Shown here: positions 44,660-54,163 of the stretch, piece after piece
Layout: each line of letters begins with the position of its first letter
Numbering within the stretch: position 1 is the stretch's first letter
NCBI GenBank assembly: GCA_036500685.1
Contig: DASYBO010000363.1
Location: 1 to 60,298, forward strand
Reading direction: 5' to 3'
DNA length: 60,298 nt
DNA from: Pseudonocardiaceae bacterium
Lineage (GTDB): Bacteria > Actinomycetota > Actinomycetes > Mycobacteriales > Pseudonocardiaceae
Translations under genes and position numbers: made by a program
The notes under the pieces: model-generated
The model's input: the letters and a program-made list of their open reading frames with translations, nothing else
The model's database searches: none
What the model was told of the DNA's origin: nothing

Positions 44660-46756
44660 ATGTACTACATCGGCGTAGACATCGGTGGCACCTTCACCGA
44701 CTGCGTGCTGGTGGACCAGGACGGCAGCCACCGCACGGCCAAGGCTCTGTCCACACGAGACGATCCGGTCCGTGGTGTCCTCGACGCGCTGCGACGGCTG
44801 GCCGAGACGGTCGGCCTCGACGTGTCGACACTGCTGGCGCGGACCGACCGGTTCGGGCACGGCACGACGATCGGCACCAACGCGGTGCTGGAACGCCGTG
44901 GTGCGCGGGTGGGCCTCGTCGCCACCGCAGGTCATGGCGACGCGCTGCGGATGATGCGGGGTTCCGGCCGGGTCGCCGGGCGCTCGATCGAGGACGTGTT
45001 CTCGGTGCACGGCAGCCGACTCCCGCAACCGCTGAACGTGCCCGGCGCCGTCCTGGAGATCGACGAGCGCGTCGACGCGTCGGGAACGGTCGTGGTCGCG
45101 CTCGACCCGGCCGCCGCCGTCGAGCGGATCCGCGCGCTGGTCCGCGAACATGATCTGGACTCGGTCGCGATCGCCCTGCTGTGGTCGTTCGCGAACCCGT
45201 CGCACGAACAGGCGCTGGTCGACGTGCTCTCCGCCGCCCTGCCGGACGTGTTCGTGTCCAGCTCGTCGGCGGTCTCGCCTCGGCTCGGCGAGTACGAGCG
45301 GACGGTCGCGACCGTGATGAACGGCTACGTCGGGCCCACGTGCTCGCGCTACCTGCGGCGGCTGGCCGATCAGCTCACCGACAGCGGTCTGACCAGCCCG
45401 CTGCTGGTCATGCAGTCCAACGGCGGCGTGCTGCCGGCCGCCGCCGCGACCGGAACCTCGCTGGGCACGATCGACTCCGGCCCGGCGGGCGGCCTGACCG
45501 GTGTCGCCACGCTGGCCGCCGTTTACGGTCACGACCGCGTTGTGGCCACCGACATGGGCGGTACCTCGTTCGACATCGGGCTGGTGATCGACGGAAAGCC
45601 GATCCTGGCCGACGAGAACGTGATCGACCAGTACACCTACCGGCTGCCCCACCTCGACGTCCGCACCGTCGCCTGCGGCGGTGGCACGATCGCCCGCTAC
45701 GACGAGGCCACCGGCGCGCTGCGGGTGGGGCCGCGCAGCGCCGGGTCCGAGCCCGGCCCGGCCTGCTACGACCGGGGCGGCACCGAGCCGACCGTGACCG
45801 ACGCCGACGTCGTGCTGGGACTGTTGCGGCCCAAGGCTTTCCTCGGCGGCCGGATGCCGCTGGACCGCGACGCCGCGCTGGCTGCGGTCGGCAGGCTGGC
45901 CGAACGACTCGGACTGTCCGTTGAGGACACCGCGGTCGGCATCGTGGCGGTCAACGACATGCGGGCCGCGACCCTGATCCGCCAGCAGACGCTGGAACGC
46001 GGTCACGATCCGCGCGACTTCGCGCTCTACGCCTACGGCGGCGCCGGACCGGTGCACGCCTTCGGCTACGCGGCCGAGTCCGGTGTCCGCGAAGTGGTCA
46101 TCCCGCTGGGCAACGGCGCTTCGACGCTCTCGGCCTACGGCATCGCCTCCGGTGACGTCGTGCTCTACCGCGAGCTGCAACGATCGGTGCTGGCGCCCCT
46201 CACCGGTGCGGCGGCCGAAAGCCTCGCCGCCGCCGTCGCCGAGGTGGAGAAGGCCGCGCTGGCCGAACTCGCCGCAGCCGGCGTCACCGGGGAGGCGCGG
46301 GTCGAGATCGACGCGCTGATGCGGTTCCGCGAGCAGCTCATGCACAGCCTCGAGATTCCGGTGACGCTGCCCGCGAACAACCAGACCGGTGCCGAGTTGC
46401 AGGCCGCTTTCGACGCCGAGTACGTCCGCCGCTACGGCTCCGGTGGCACCGCGCTGTTCCAGGCCGTCGAGGTGTTCGCCTTGCGCGCCCGCGCTTCGGT
46501 CGCCGCCGGCATCCCGGCCCCGCTGCCCGCCACCGTGACCGCGTCGGAACCCGAGCGCGCGGACGTCTACTGGCCGGGCGTCGGCTGGACTCCCACCGAT
46601 GTGTACGGCGGCGTACCAGGATCGACCGCTGTCGCCGGCCCCGCGCTGGTCGAGTTGGAGCACACCACCATCGCCGTACCGCCCGGCGCCTCGCTGTCCA
46701 CCGGCTCGACGGGCCAGCTGCGGCTCGTTCTCGCATCCTCCGAGGAGTCCCGATGA
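44660..46756 (+). CDS. Hydantoinase A/oxoprolinase family ATP-binding subunit (AcxA/ApcC-like)
   Basis: 'GVDIGGTFTD', 'HGTT..TNA', 'EYER', 'SGPAGG', 'DMGGTSFD', 'GP.SAG..PGPACY', 'YGGAGP.H'. Confidence 0.93.
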   Translation: MYYIGVDIGGTFTDCVLVDQDGSHRTAKALSTRDDPVRGVLDALRRLAETVGLDVSTLLARTDRFGHGTTIGTNAVLERRGARVGLVATAGHGDALRMMRGSGRVAGRSIEDVFSVHGSRLPQPLNVPGAVLEIDERVDASGTVVVALDPAAAVERIRALVREHDLDSVAIALLWSFANPSHEQALVDVLSAALPDVFVSSSSAVSPRLGEYERTVATVMNGYVGPTCSRYLRRLADQLTDSGLTSPLLVMQSNGGVLPAAAATGTSLGTIDSGPAGGLTGVATLAAVYGHDRVVATDMGGTSFDIGLVIDGKPILADENVIDQYTYRLPHLDVRTVACGGGTIARYDEATGALRVGPRSAGSEPGPACYDRGGTEPTVTDADVVLGLLRPKAFLGGRMPLDRDAALAAVGRLAERLGLSVEDTAVGIVAVNDMRAATLIRQQTLERGHDPRDFALYAYGGAGPVHAFGYAAESGVREVVIPLGNGASTLSAYGIASGDVVLYRELQRSVLAPLTGAAAESLAAAVAEVEKAALAELAAAGVTGEARVEIDALMRFREQLMHSLEIPVTLPANNQTGAELQAAFDAEYVRRYGSGGTALFQAVEVFALRARASVAAGIPAPLPATVTASEPERADVYWPGVGWTPTDVYGGVPGSTAVAGPALVELEHTTIAVPPGASLSTGSTGQLRLVLASSEESR

Positions 46757-49008
46757 CCACCACTGAGACACCTGTTGTCTGGGACGGCATCCAGCGCGGC
46801 TACATCCCCGGCGACACCCTGCGCATCCCGGACACGCTGCGCCTGCACACGACAACGGCCGACGACGTCGACCCGGTGACCTTCGAGGTCGTGCGCTACT
46901 CGCTGATGAACATCAACCTCGAGCACGGGCAGACCCTGCAGCGGCTGTGCGTCTCGCCCGTCACGATGATCACCCGCGACTTCCAGCCCTCGATCACCAC
47001 CGCCGACGGCGACCTCGTCTTCCTCGGCCCGTACCTGCAGTACTTCTCGACGACCCAGTCGCTGACGATCAAGTGGATCCTGGAGAACCGCGCGGCCGAT
47101 CCAGGAATCGAGCCGGGCGACATGTACGTCTCCAACGACCCGTTCGTCGGCGCTCCGCACCAGCCCGACACCATGGTCGCGGCCCCGGTGTTCGTCGGTG
47201 ACGAGCTGTTCTGTTGGGTGTCCAACGTGTTGCACCACACCGATGTCGGCGGTTCGGTGATGGGCAGCTTCTGCGTCGACGCCACCGACATCTTCACCGA
47301 TCCGCCGGTGTTCCCGCCGTTCAAGCTGGTCAGCAAGGGACATGTGCGGCCCGATCTCGAGCAGATGTTCCTGCGCCAGTCGCGGGTGCCGACCAACGTC
47401 CACATGGACCTGCGCGCCGCCATCTCGGCCAACACGGTCGCCGTGGAGAAGGTCACCGCGCTCATCGGCCGCTACGGCGCCGACACGGTGAAGGCCGTGA
47501 TGAACCGGGTACTCGACGCGGGGGAGCGGACCGTCGCCGAACGGCTCGCGACCATCCCAGACGGACAGTGGAGTCACCGGCTCTACGCGGAAGCCGCGCA
47601 CACCGGTGACACCGGCACGTACGCGTACCAGATGACCGTGCGCAAGCGGGGCGAGCACCTCTACGTCGACAACGCGGGCACCGACCCGCAAACCGGCTCG
47701 ATCAACGTCACCTATGCCGGCTTCTCCGGCGCGTTCCTTGCCGCGCTCACCGCGTCGCTGACCGCCGACCTCGCGGGCGCCTACGGCGGCGTCTACCGCA
47801 GGGTGCACTTCGACCCCACGCCGGGCACCCTGTCCTGCGCCGATTTCCCGGCTGCGGTGAGCCCGTCCGGGATCTACACGATGGAGACGCTGATCAGCCT
47901 GTCCGGGTCGGTGATCGGCAAGATGCTGGCCTGCGCCGCGCCGGAGATCGCGGCGATGGCCATCGGGCCAGCCCACCCAGCCTTCTACGGCCTCATCGCG
48001 GGCGGCATGCAGCCCGACGGCCAGCCGTTCATCGCCACCAACGCCGACAACATGATCGGGTCGATCAGCGCCTCACCGGCGGGGGACGGGGTCGACTTCG
48101 GCGGGCACTTCTGGATCCCCGAGGGCACCGCGAGCAACATCGAGGAACTCGAACAACTCTGGCCGATGCTGTTCCTCTACCGCAAAGGCATGCCGGCGGG
48201 CGCCGACGGGGCAGGCCGGTTCAGGGGTGGACGTGGCTTCGTGGAGGGCGGCATCCCCTGGGGCGTACCGGGAATGGCCGCCGCGGTGTACGTCGACGAG
48301 TCGTTCCCCAAGACCGTCGGCCTCTCCGGCGGCAACCCCGGCACGGCCGGACGCTTCCGGCTCGAGCACGGCACCGACGTGGCCGCGTCGATGGCCGCCG
48401 GACGAGTTCCTGTCGACTTCGACGCGCTCACCGGACTTGAACCACCCGTCGAAGCCAAGGGCCCCATGCTGATGATGGGTGCCGACGCCGCCTGGGAATG
48501 GTCCGGCGCCAACGCTGCCGGATTCGGCGACCCGCTGACCCGCGACCCGGCGCTGGTCGCCGCCGACGTTGCCGACGGCGCGCTCAGCGCCGAGACCGCC
48601 GAGCGCGTCTACGGCGTCGACTCCCGGCCGGAACTGTTGGCGGCTCGGCTCGCCGAGGCGGCGCGACCGGACCAGCCGGTCGAGATCGTGCCGGCCGATG
48701 TCCCGCTCACCCCGCTCAGCGGCGAACTGGCGCTGCTCGTGCGCGACGGCGCGCCCGAGTCCTTCGTCAGCCTGACCGGCCGGGCCGTGCTGGCTCCCGC
48801 GTCCGGGAACTACAAGGACGGCTGCGCGGTGCGCGAACGTCTACTGCGGACAGTCGCGCCGGAGTTCGCCACCCGCGAAGGCCGGGCAGGCTGGACCGTC
48901 CGCTACCGCGAATACCTGTGTCCGGTCACCGGCCTGCGGATCGACACCGAACTGCTGCGCGAGGGCGACGAGCCGTTGCACGACATCGTGTTCGGAGCCG
49001 GGGCGTGA
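46753..49008 (+). CDS. Hydantoinase B/oxoprolinase subunit with C-terminal acetone-carboxylase gamma-like domain
   Basis: 'DPVTFEVVR', 'NDPF.GAPH.PD', 'HH.DVGG', 'GAGRFRGG', 'GFGDPL.RDP'; tail 'NYK.G...REYLCP..G...E......PLHDI'. Confidence 0.9.
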   Translation: MTTTETPVVWDGIQRGYIPGDTLRIPDTLRLHTTTADDVDPVTFEVVRYSLMNINLEHGQTLQRLCVSPVTMITRDFQPSITTADGDLVFLGPYLQYFSTTQSLTIKWILENRAADPGIEPGDMYVSNDPFVGAPHQPDTMVAAPVFVGDELFCWVSNVLHHTDVGGSVMGSFCVDATDIFTDPPVFPPFKLVSKGHVRPDLEQMFLRQSRVPTNVHMDLRAAISANTVAVEKVTALIGRYGADTVKAVMNRVLDAGERTVAERLATIPDGQWSHRLYAEAAHTGDTGTYAYQMTVRKRGEHLYVDNAGTDPQTGSINVTYAGFSGAFLAALTASLTADLAGAYGGVYRRVHFDPTPGTLSCADFPAAVSPSGIYTMETLISLSGSVIGKMLACAAPEIAAMAIGPAHPAFYGLIAGGMQPDGQPFIATNADNMIGSISASPAGDGVDFGGHFWIPEGTASNIEELEQLWPMLFLYRKGMPAGADGAGRFRGGRGFVEGGIPWGVPGMAAAVYVDESFPKTVGLSGGNPGTAGRFRLEHGTDVAASMAAGRVPVDFDALTGLEPPVEAKGPMLMMGADAAWEWSGANAAGFGDPLTRDPALVAADVADGALSAETAERVYGVDSRPELLAARLAEAARPDQPVEIVPADVPLTPLSGELALLVRDGAPESFVSLTGRAVLAPASGNYKDGCAVRERLLRTVAPEFATREGRAGWTVRYREYLCPVTGLRIDTELLREGDEPLHDIVFGAGA

Positions 49009-50501
49009 CCGACAACGTCGCGGCCATGCTGCTCGACGCGGTCCGAGCGCACGGTGACCAGGAGGCGATCGTCGACGGACCGACCCGGCTCGACTACGCG
49101 GCGCTGGCCCGGCACGCGGCGGCGGCTGCCGTGCGGCTGGCCGAGTTGGGCGTCGAGCCGGGCGACCGGGTGGCGATCCTGCTGCCCAACGGCTGGGAAT
49201 ACGTCGCGGGCTACCTCGGCATCCAGCTCGCGGGAGCCATTGCGCTGCCGGTCAACACGCGATTCACCGCTTCGGAGATCGCCTACGTGCTCGCAGACAG
49301 CGGCACCAAGGTCGTGCTCACCGATGCCACGACCGCGCCACTGGTGACCGGCGCGGTGGCGGTCGACGTCGGCGGAATCGTCACCGCCCCGCGTCGCGAG
49401 ATCGATCCCGCTGGACTTCCCGGCCTGCTGCGACATGGCGAGGACGTAGCCCAACTCCTCTACACCTCCGGCACCACCGGACGCCCCAAGGGCGCGATGC
49501 AGACGCACGCGAATCTGCTGTTCAACGCGGGCACAGTGCGGTCGCTGATCGGCGCGGGACCGGGCGAGCGGACGCTCATCGTCGCGCCGCTGTTCCATGC
49601 GACCGGGCTGGTCTCGCAGCTCGTCGCGTTCCTCTCGGCGGGAGCGTGCTGCGTGCTCGTCGGCGCGTTCAAGGCCGATGCGGTGCTGCGCCTGCTGGTC
49701 GACGAGCGGATCACGGTGCTCGGCGGGGTCGCGGCCATGCTCCGCCTCATGCTCACCGTCGAGGGCGCCGACGAGGCCGACCTGTCGGCGTTGCGGCTGT
49801 TCGTCATGGGCGGCAGCCCGGTCCCGGAGACGTTCCCCGCCGAGATGGCCGCCCGGTTGCCGAAGTTGGCGCTGGGCAACGTATGGGGCCTGACCGAGGC
49901 CACCTCGATCGTCACCTACACCGACGCGGAGGACTACCTGGCCCGCCCGTGGAGCGTCGGGCGCGCCGTGGACGGCGTCGACGTCCGGATCTCTCTGGAC
50001 GGCCGGCGGCCCGTCGACCTGCGCAACGTCGCGGGCGAGCTGTGCGTACGGGGGCCGATCGTCACGGCCGGATACTGGGCGAACCCGACCGCAACGGCCA
50101 CCACGTACACCGAAGGCTGGCTGCACACCGGCGACGTCGGCTCGATCGACGCCGACGGCTACATCCGGGTCCTCGACCGGCTGAAGGACATGATCATTCG
50201 CGGCGGCGAGAACATCTACAGCGTCGAGGTGGAGAACGCGCTCGCCGCCCATCCCGACATCGCCGAGGTCGCCGTCATCGGAGTGCCCGACCCGATCTTC
50301 GACGAGCGCGTGCGGGCCGTCGTCGTGCCGCGACCGGGATCCGCGCCAACGGTCGCGTCGGTGCGCGAGCACGCCGCAACTCTGCTGGCCGACTACAAGG
50401 TGCCCGCCGAAGTCCGCTTCGCCGCCGCGCTGCCGCGCAACCCGGCCGGCAAGGTGCTCAAGCGCAGGCTGGCCGAGGAACCCGATGACGTCGCTGGCTG
50501 A
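49005..50501 (+). CDS. Acyl-CoA synthetase (AMP-forming)
   Basis: YTSGTTGRPKG, WGLTE, 'WLHTGD', 'DRLKDMIIRGGENI', 'GKVLK'; GTG 49005. Confidence 0.93.
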   Translation: MTDNVAAMLLDAVRAHGDQEAIVDGPTRLDYAALARHAAAAAVRLAELGVEPGDRVAILLPNGWEYVAGYLGIQLAGAIALPVNTRFTASEIAYVLADSGTKVVLTDATTAPLVTGAVAVDVGGIVTAPRREIDPAGLPGLLRHGEDVAQLLYTSGTTGRPKGAMQTHANLLFNAGTVRSLIGAGPGERTLIVAPLFHATGLVSQLVAFLSAGACCVLVGAFKADAVLRLLVDERITVLGGVAAMLRLMLTVEGADEADLSALRLFVMGGSPVPETFPAEMAARLPKLALGNVWGLTEATSIVTYTDAEDYLARPWSVGRAVDGVDVRISLDGRRPVDLRNVAGELCVRGPIVTAGYWANPTATATTYTEGWLHTGDVGSIDADGYIRVLDRLKDMIIRGGENIYSVEVENALAAHPDIAEVAVIGVPDPIFDERVRAVVVPRPGSAPTVASVREHAATLLADYKVPAEVRFAAALPRNPAGKVLKRRLAEEPDDVAG

Positions 50502-52014
50502 CCCGGCCCGCCCCGGCGGCGAAGCGGCCCGGACCGGCGATGAGGCGGCGGCCCGGACCGACGAGGTCGACGTCCTCGTCATCGGGGCAGGCGTCAGCGG
50601 TCTTGGTGTCGCGGCGCTGCTGGATCGGGCGGGGTTCCGCTCCGTGCGGATTCTGGAGTCGGGCGCCGACGTCGGCGGCACCTGGCGGGAGAACACCTAT
50701 CCCGGTTGCGCGTGCGACATCCCGTCGCCGCTCTACTCCTTCTCCTTCGAGCAGAAGGCCGACTGGACCCGGCTTTTCGCGCCCCAGCCGGAAATCCTCG
50801 ACTACCTGCGCGACGTCGCGCAGCGACGCGGCCTCCTCGATCGCAGCCGTTTCGGGGTGAAGGTCGAGCAGGCGCGGTGGTTGGCCGATGTCGCGCGCTG
50901 GGAGGTCACCACGGCTGACGGGGAGCGGTACCTGGCCCGCTTCCTGGTCTCCGCCGTCGGCGCGCTGCACCACCCCGTGATCCCCGACCTGCCCGGCATC
51001 GAAACCTTCCGCGGCGCCGCGTTCCACTCGGCCACCTGGGACCACGAGTTCGACTTCGCGGGTAAGCGGGTCGCCGTCATCGGTACCGGCGCGAGCGCCA
51101 TCCAGTTCGTGCCCGCGATCGCCGACGAGGTCGCCGCGCTCACCGTCTTCCAGCGCACCCCGCCGTGGATCGTGCCCAAGGCCGATCGCGAGTTCGACGC
51201 CCGGCACCGTCGGCTTGCCCGCCTGTTCCCGCCCTACCGTGCCTGGATCCGCAACCGGCTCTACTGGATTCACGAAAGGCGAGCCGCCGGTTTCCTCGGC
51301 GACGGATCGGCCATGTCCACGACTGCCGCGCTGGCCCGGCGGCTGCTCGCCCGCCAGGTCCCCGACGAGCGGCTGCGCGCCATGCTGACACCGGACTACG
51401 AGATCGGCTGCAAACGGCTGCTGATCTCCAGCACCTGGTACCCCACCCTCTCGCGCGGCAACGTCGACGTCCGGCCCGGCCCGGTCCGCGAGGTCACCCC
51501 CGACACCGTGATCGGCGCGGACGGCGTGCCGGTACCGGCCGACGTGATCATCTACGGAACCGGTTTCGACGCCCAGAACACCGTCACGCGAATGCGCATC
51601 GTCGGCCGCGACGGGATCGAACTCGCGGACGCCTGGCAGGACGGCCACGAGGCCTACCTCGGTACGACCGTCGCAGGCTTCCCGAACTTCTTCGTGATGG
51701 CCGGACCGAACACCGGTCTTGGCCACAACTCGCAGATCTTCATGATCGAGGCCCAGGCCCGCTACATCGTCGACTGCCTGCGCAGGCTACGTCGCCGCGG
51801 CGCCGCATCGATCGAGGTGCGCGCCGAGGTCCAGCGGGAGTTCACCGAGTGGTTGCAGGGACGCCTCGCGGCGACGGTCTGGCAGTCGGGCGGCTGCCGC
51901 AGCTGGTATCAGGATGCCAAGACCGGCCGCAACACCGTCCTGTGGCCGGACACGACGATCGCCTTCTGGCGCCGCACCCGCCGTGCGCGGGCGCGCGACT
52001 ACCGGATTGTGTAA
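50485..52014 (+). CDS. Baeyer-Villiger-type flavin monooxygenase
   Basis: GAGVSG, 'GGTWRENTYPG.ACD', FxGxxxHxxxW (FRGAAFHSATW), GTGASA. Confidence 0.93.
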   Translation: MTSLADPARPGGEAARTGDEAAARTDEVDVLVIGAGVSGLGVAALLDRAGFRSVRILESGADVGGTWRENTYPGCACDIPSPLYSFSFEQKADWTRLFAPQPEILDYLRDVAQRRGLLDRSRFGVKVEQARWLADVARWEVTTADGERYLARFLVSAVGALHHPVIPDLPGIETFRGAAFHSATWDHEFDFAGKRVAVIGTGASAIQFVPAIADEVAALTVFQRTPPWIVPKADREFDARHRRLARLFPPYRAWIRNRLYWIHERRAAGFLGDGSAMSTTAALARRLLARQVPDERLRAMLTPDYEIGCKRLLISSTWYPTLSRGNVDVRPGPVREVTPDTVIGADGVPVPADVIIYGTGFDAQNTVTRMRIVGRDGIELADAWQDGHEAYLGTTVAGFPNFFVMAGPNTGLGHNSQIFMIEAQARYIVDCLRRLRRRGAASIEVRAEVQREFTEWLQGRLAATVWQSGGCRSWYQDAKTGRNTVLWPDTTIAFWRRTRRARARDYRIV

Positions 52015-52053
52015 CAGTTGCGCGGCCGTACTGTCCGGTTCACGATGAGGGCC

Positions 52054-52389
52054 ATGGCAGCAGGGACAGTGCAGGACTACGTCGAGGACATCCCGCCCGA
52101 GCACCGCCCCCTCTTCGATCGGGTCTACCGCCTCGTTCTCGAGGCCCGGCCCGACGCCGAGGTGGTCCTCTCCTATGGGATGCCCACGTTCCGGGTTGGA
52201 CGGCGGCGGCTGCACCTTGCGGCGTGGCAGCACGGCGTCTCGCTCTACGGCTGGCGGGACGAGGAGTTCCTCGACCGCCATCCAGGTATGCGTGCGTCGA
52301 AGGGAACGATCCGGCTGCGGCCCGAGGACGCCGAGAGCGTCACCGACGACGAGCTGCGCGATCTGGCCAGAACCAGTCTGGCTCAGTAG
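52054..52389 (+). CDS. DUF1801/YdhG-like protein
   Basis: 'VQDYV..IP...RPLF', 'LSYGMPTF', 'KGTIRL'. Confidence 0.82.
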   Translation: MAAGTVQDYVEDIPPEHRPLFDRVYRLVLEARPDAEVVLSYGMPTFRVGRRRLHLAAWQHGVSLYGWRDEEFLDRHPGMRASKGTIRLRPEDAESVTDDELRDLARTSLAQ

Positions 52390-52916
52390 CTCGGCGGGGT
52401 GACCGAGATGATGAACTCGGTCGGCCTGCGGTGCGGGTTCACGTAGCGGTGCGGCAGCCGGGAGTCGAAGTAGCAGCTGTCGCCGATGTTGAGCGCGTGT
52501 TCCGCGCCGGCGACCTCGACCACGAGTTTGCCCGCGATGACCACGACGCACTCCTCGCTGGGATGCGACCATGGTTCGCCCGCCGACGCCGTTTCCGGCG
52601 CTAGCGTGCCCTGTAGCACTTCGAGCCGCCCTCGGCCTGCGGAGATGCGGGAGTACGTGATCCCACCGGGGGTCTGGATCCGCATCCGGGTTTCCCGTCG
52701 CACCACGGCCACGTCGTCGGTTTCGGACTCTTCGAACAGGCTGAACAGGGGGATGTCCAGTGCCTTGGCGATCTTGCGGACGGTGACCAGGCTCGGGTCC
52801 GCGAGTTCTCGCTCGACCTGGCTGATCAGGCCGGTGGACACCTCGGCGCGTCGGGCCAGTTCGGTGACGGTCATGCCGCGCGCCGCGCGCAGTTCGCGAA
52901 TCCGGTTGCCTACCAC
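52383..52916 (-). CDS. XRE-HTH + cupin regulator
   Basis: 'IRELR...ELA....VS...ISQVER....PS', 'HPSEE', 'GDS.YFDS..PHRY.N'. Confidence 0.93.
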   Translation of the reverse strand: MVGNRIRELRAARGMTVTELARRAEVSTGLISQVERELADPSLVTVRKIAKALDIPLFSLFEESETDDVAVVRRETRMRIQTPGGITYSRISAGRGRLEVLQGTLAPETASAGEPWSHPSEECVVVIAGKLVVEVAGAEHALNIGDSCYFDSRLPHRYVNPHRRPTEFIISVTPPSY

Positions 52917-52963
52917 CTGGTCATCCTCGCATGCAGCGGATCAACCGGGCATGTCGAAGGCGA

Positions 52964-52999
52964 TGTCAATGAGGTTGAACGCGTTGACCTCTGTTAAAA
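52964..52999. promoter_or_regulatory. Putative XRE-cupin operator pair
   Basis: TGTCA-N7-TGAAC gc GTTGA-cctctgt-TAAAA; resembles the site at 56608-56646. Confidence 0.5.
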
Positions 53000-53020
53000 G
53001 CCGACATATGCTCGGACGCT

Positions 53021-54163
53021 ATGACAGCTGAGAGCATCCGCCACCGGTTCCCCATCTTCGAAAACCGGGTGTACGTCAACAGCTGTTCGCAGGGCGCGCT
53101 CGCGGACACCGTCCGCGCCGCCTATACCAGCTACCTCGACACCCTCGAAGCGGAAGGCTCGCTGTGGAGCCACTGGGTCGAGCAGGCCGAGCGGGCCAGG
53201 GGAGCGTTCGCGCGGCTGCTGCACACGCGGCCGGACGCCGTCGCCGTCACCGCGTCAGCCTCGGCCGGCGTCGCCTCGTTGGCCTCGGCCTTCGACTTCG
53301 GCCAGCGGGACACCGTGGTCACCACCGACCTCGAGTTCCCGACCATCGGCCAGATCTGGCATGCCCAGGCGCGGCGCGGAGCCCGCGTCGTGCATGTGCC
53401 CGCCGAGCCCGACAACACGCTCTCGCTCGAGAAGCTCGCCGCCGCGATCGACGAGCGGACGGCGCTCGTCGCCGTGACGCATGTCAGCTACCGCAACGGA
53501 AGCAGGCTCGACCTCGCCGAGATCGCCAAGCTCGCGCACGAGCATGGCGCGCTGCTGCTCGTGGACTGCTACCAGTCGGCAGGTGCGGTGCCGATCGACG
53601 TCGCCGCGCTCGGCGTCGACTTCGTCACCGGCGGCGCGTTGAAGTACCTGCTGGCCTCACCCGGCATCGGCTACTTCTACGCGAACCCGGGCACCACCAG
53701 CCATCTCGTCCCGACCGTGACCGGCTGGTTCGCCGACATCGACGTCAACGCCATGCAGATCAGCGAGTACCGGCCCGCGCCCGACGCGCGCCGGTTCGAG
53801 CAGGGCACACCGCCGATTCCCTCGGTCTACGCGGCCATCGCGGGTGTCGAGCTGATGCTGGAGATCGGCGTCGAGCGCACCCAGCAACACGTCGAGCGCC
53901 TCAACGACCACCTCATCGACGAGGTTGTCAGGCTGGGCGGAGTCGTCCCGACACCGAGGGACCGGGCGCACCGCGGACCGCTCGTCACCATCGCGTCCAC
54001 CGACGCCGAAGCGCTCGTCGAGGCGCTCGCCGCGGAGGGGATCGTGACCTCCTCCCGCGCCGGCAACCTGCGCGTGTCCGCGCACTGCTACAACACCGAA
54101 GGCGACATCGACCGCGTGCTCACCGCACTGCGCGAGCACCGGGACCTGTTGCGTACCAACTGA
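53021..54163 (+). CDS. Class-V PLP enzyme (kynureninase-like)
   Basis: 'YVNSCSQG', 'EFPT', 'VDCYQSAG', 'GALKYL', 'GWF', 'RRFEQGTP'. Confidence 0.85.
   Translation: MTAESIRHRFPIFENRVYVNSCSQGALADTVRAAYTSYLDTLEAEGSLWSHWVEQAERARGAFARLLHTRPDAVAVTASASAGVASLASAFDFGQRDTVVTTDLEFPTIGQIWHAQARRGARVVHVPAEPDNTLSLEKLAAAIDERTALVAVTHVSYRNGSRLDLAEIAKLAHEHGALLLVDCYQSAGAVPIDVAALGVDFVTGGALKYLLASPGIGYFYANPGTTSHLVPTVTGWFADIDVNAMQISEYRPAPDARRFEQGTPPIPSVYAAIAGVELMLEIGVERTQQHVERLNDHLIDEVVRLGGVVPTPRDRAHRGPLVTIASTDAEALVEALAAEGIVTSSRAGNLRVSAHCYNTEGDIDRVLTALREHRDLLRTN

Noticed and set aside
49005-50501. NRPS adenylation domain / secondary-metabolite cluster
   Set aside because: CoA-ligase-type motifs (WGLTE, IIRGGENI) and no carrier protein, condensation or KS domains nearby.
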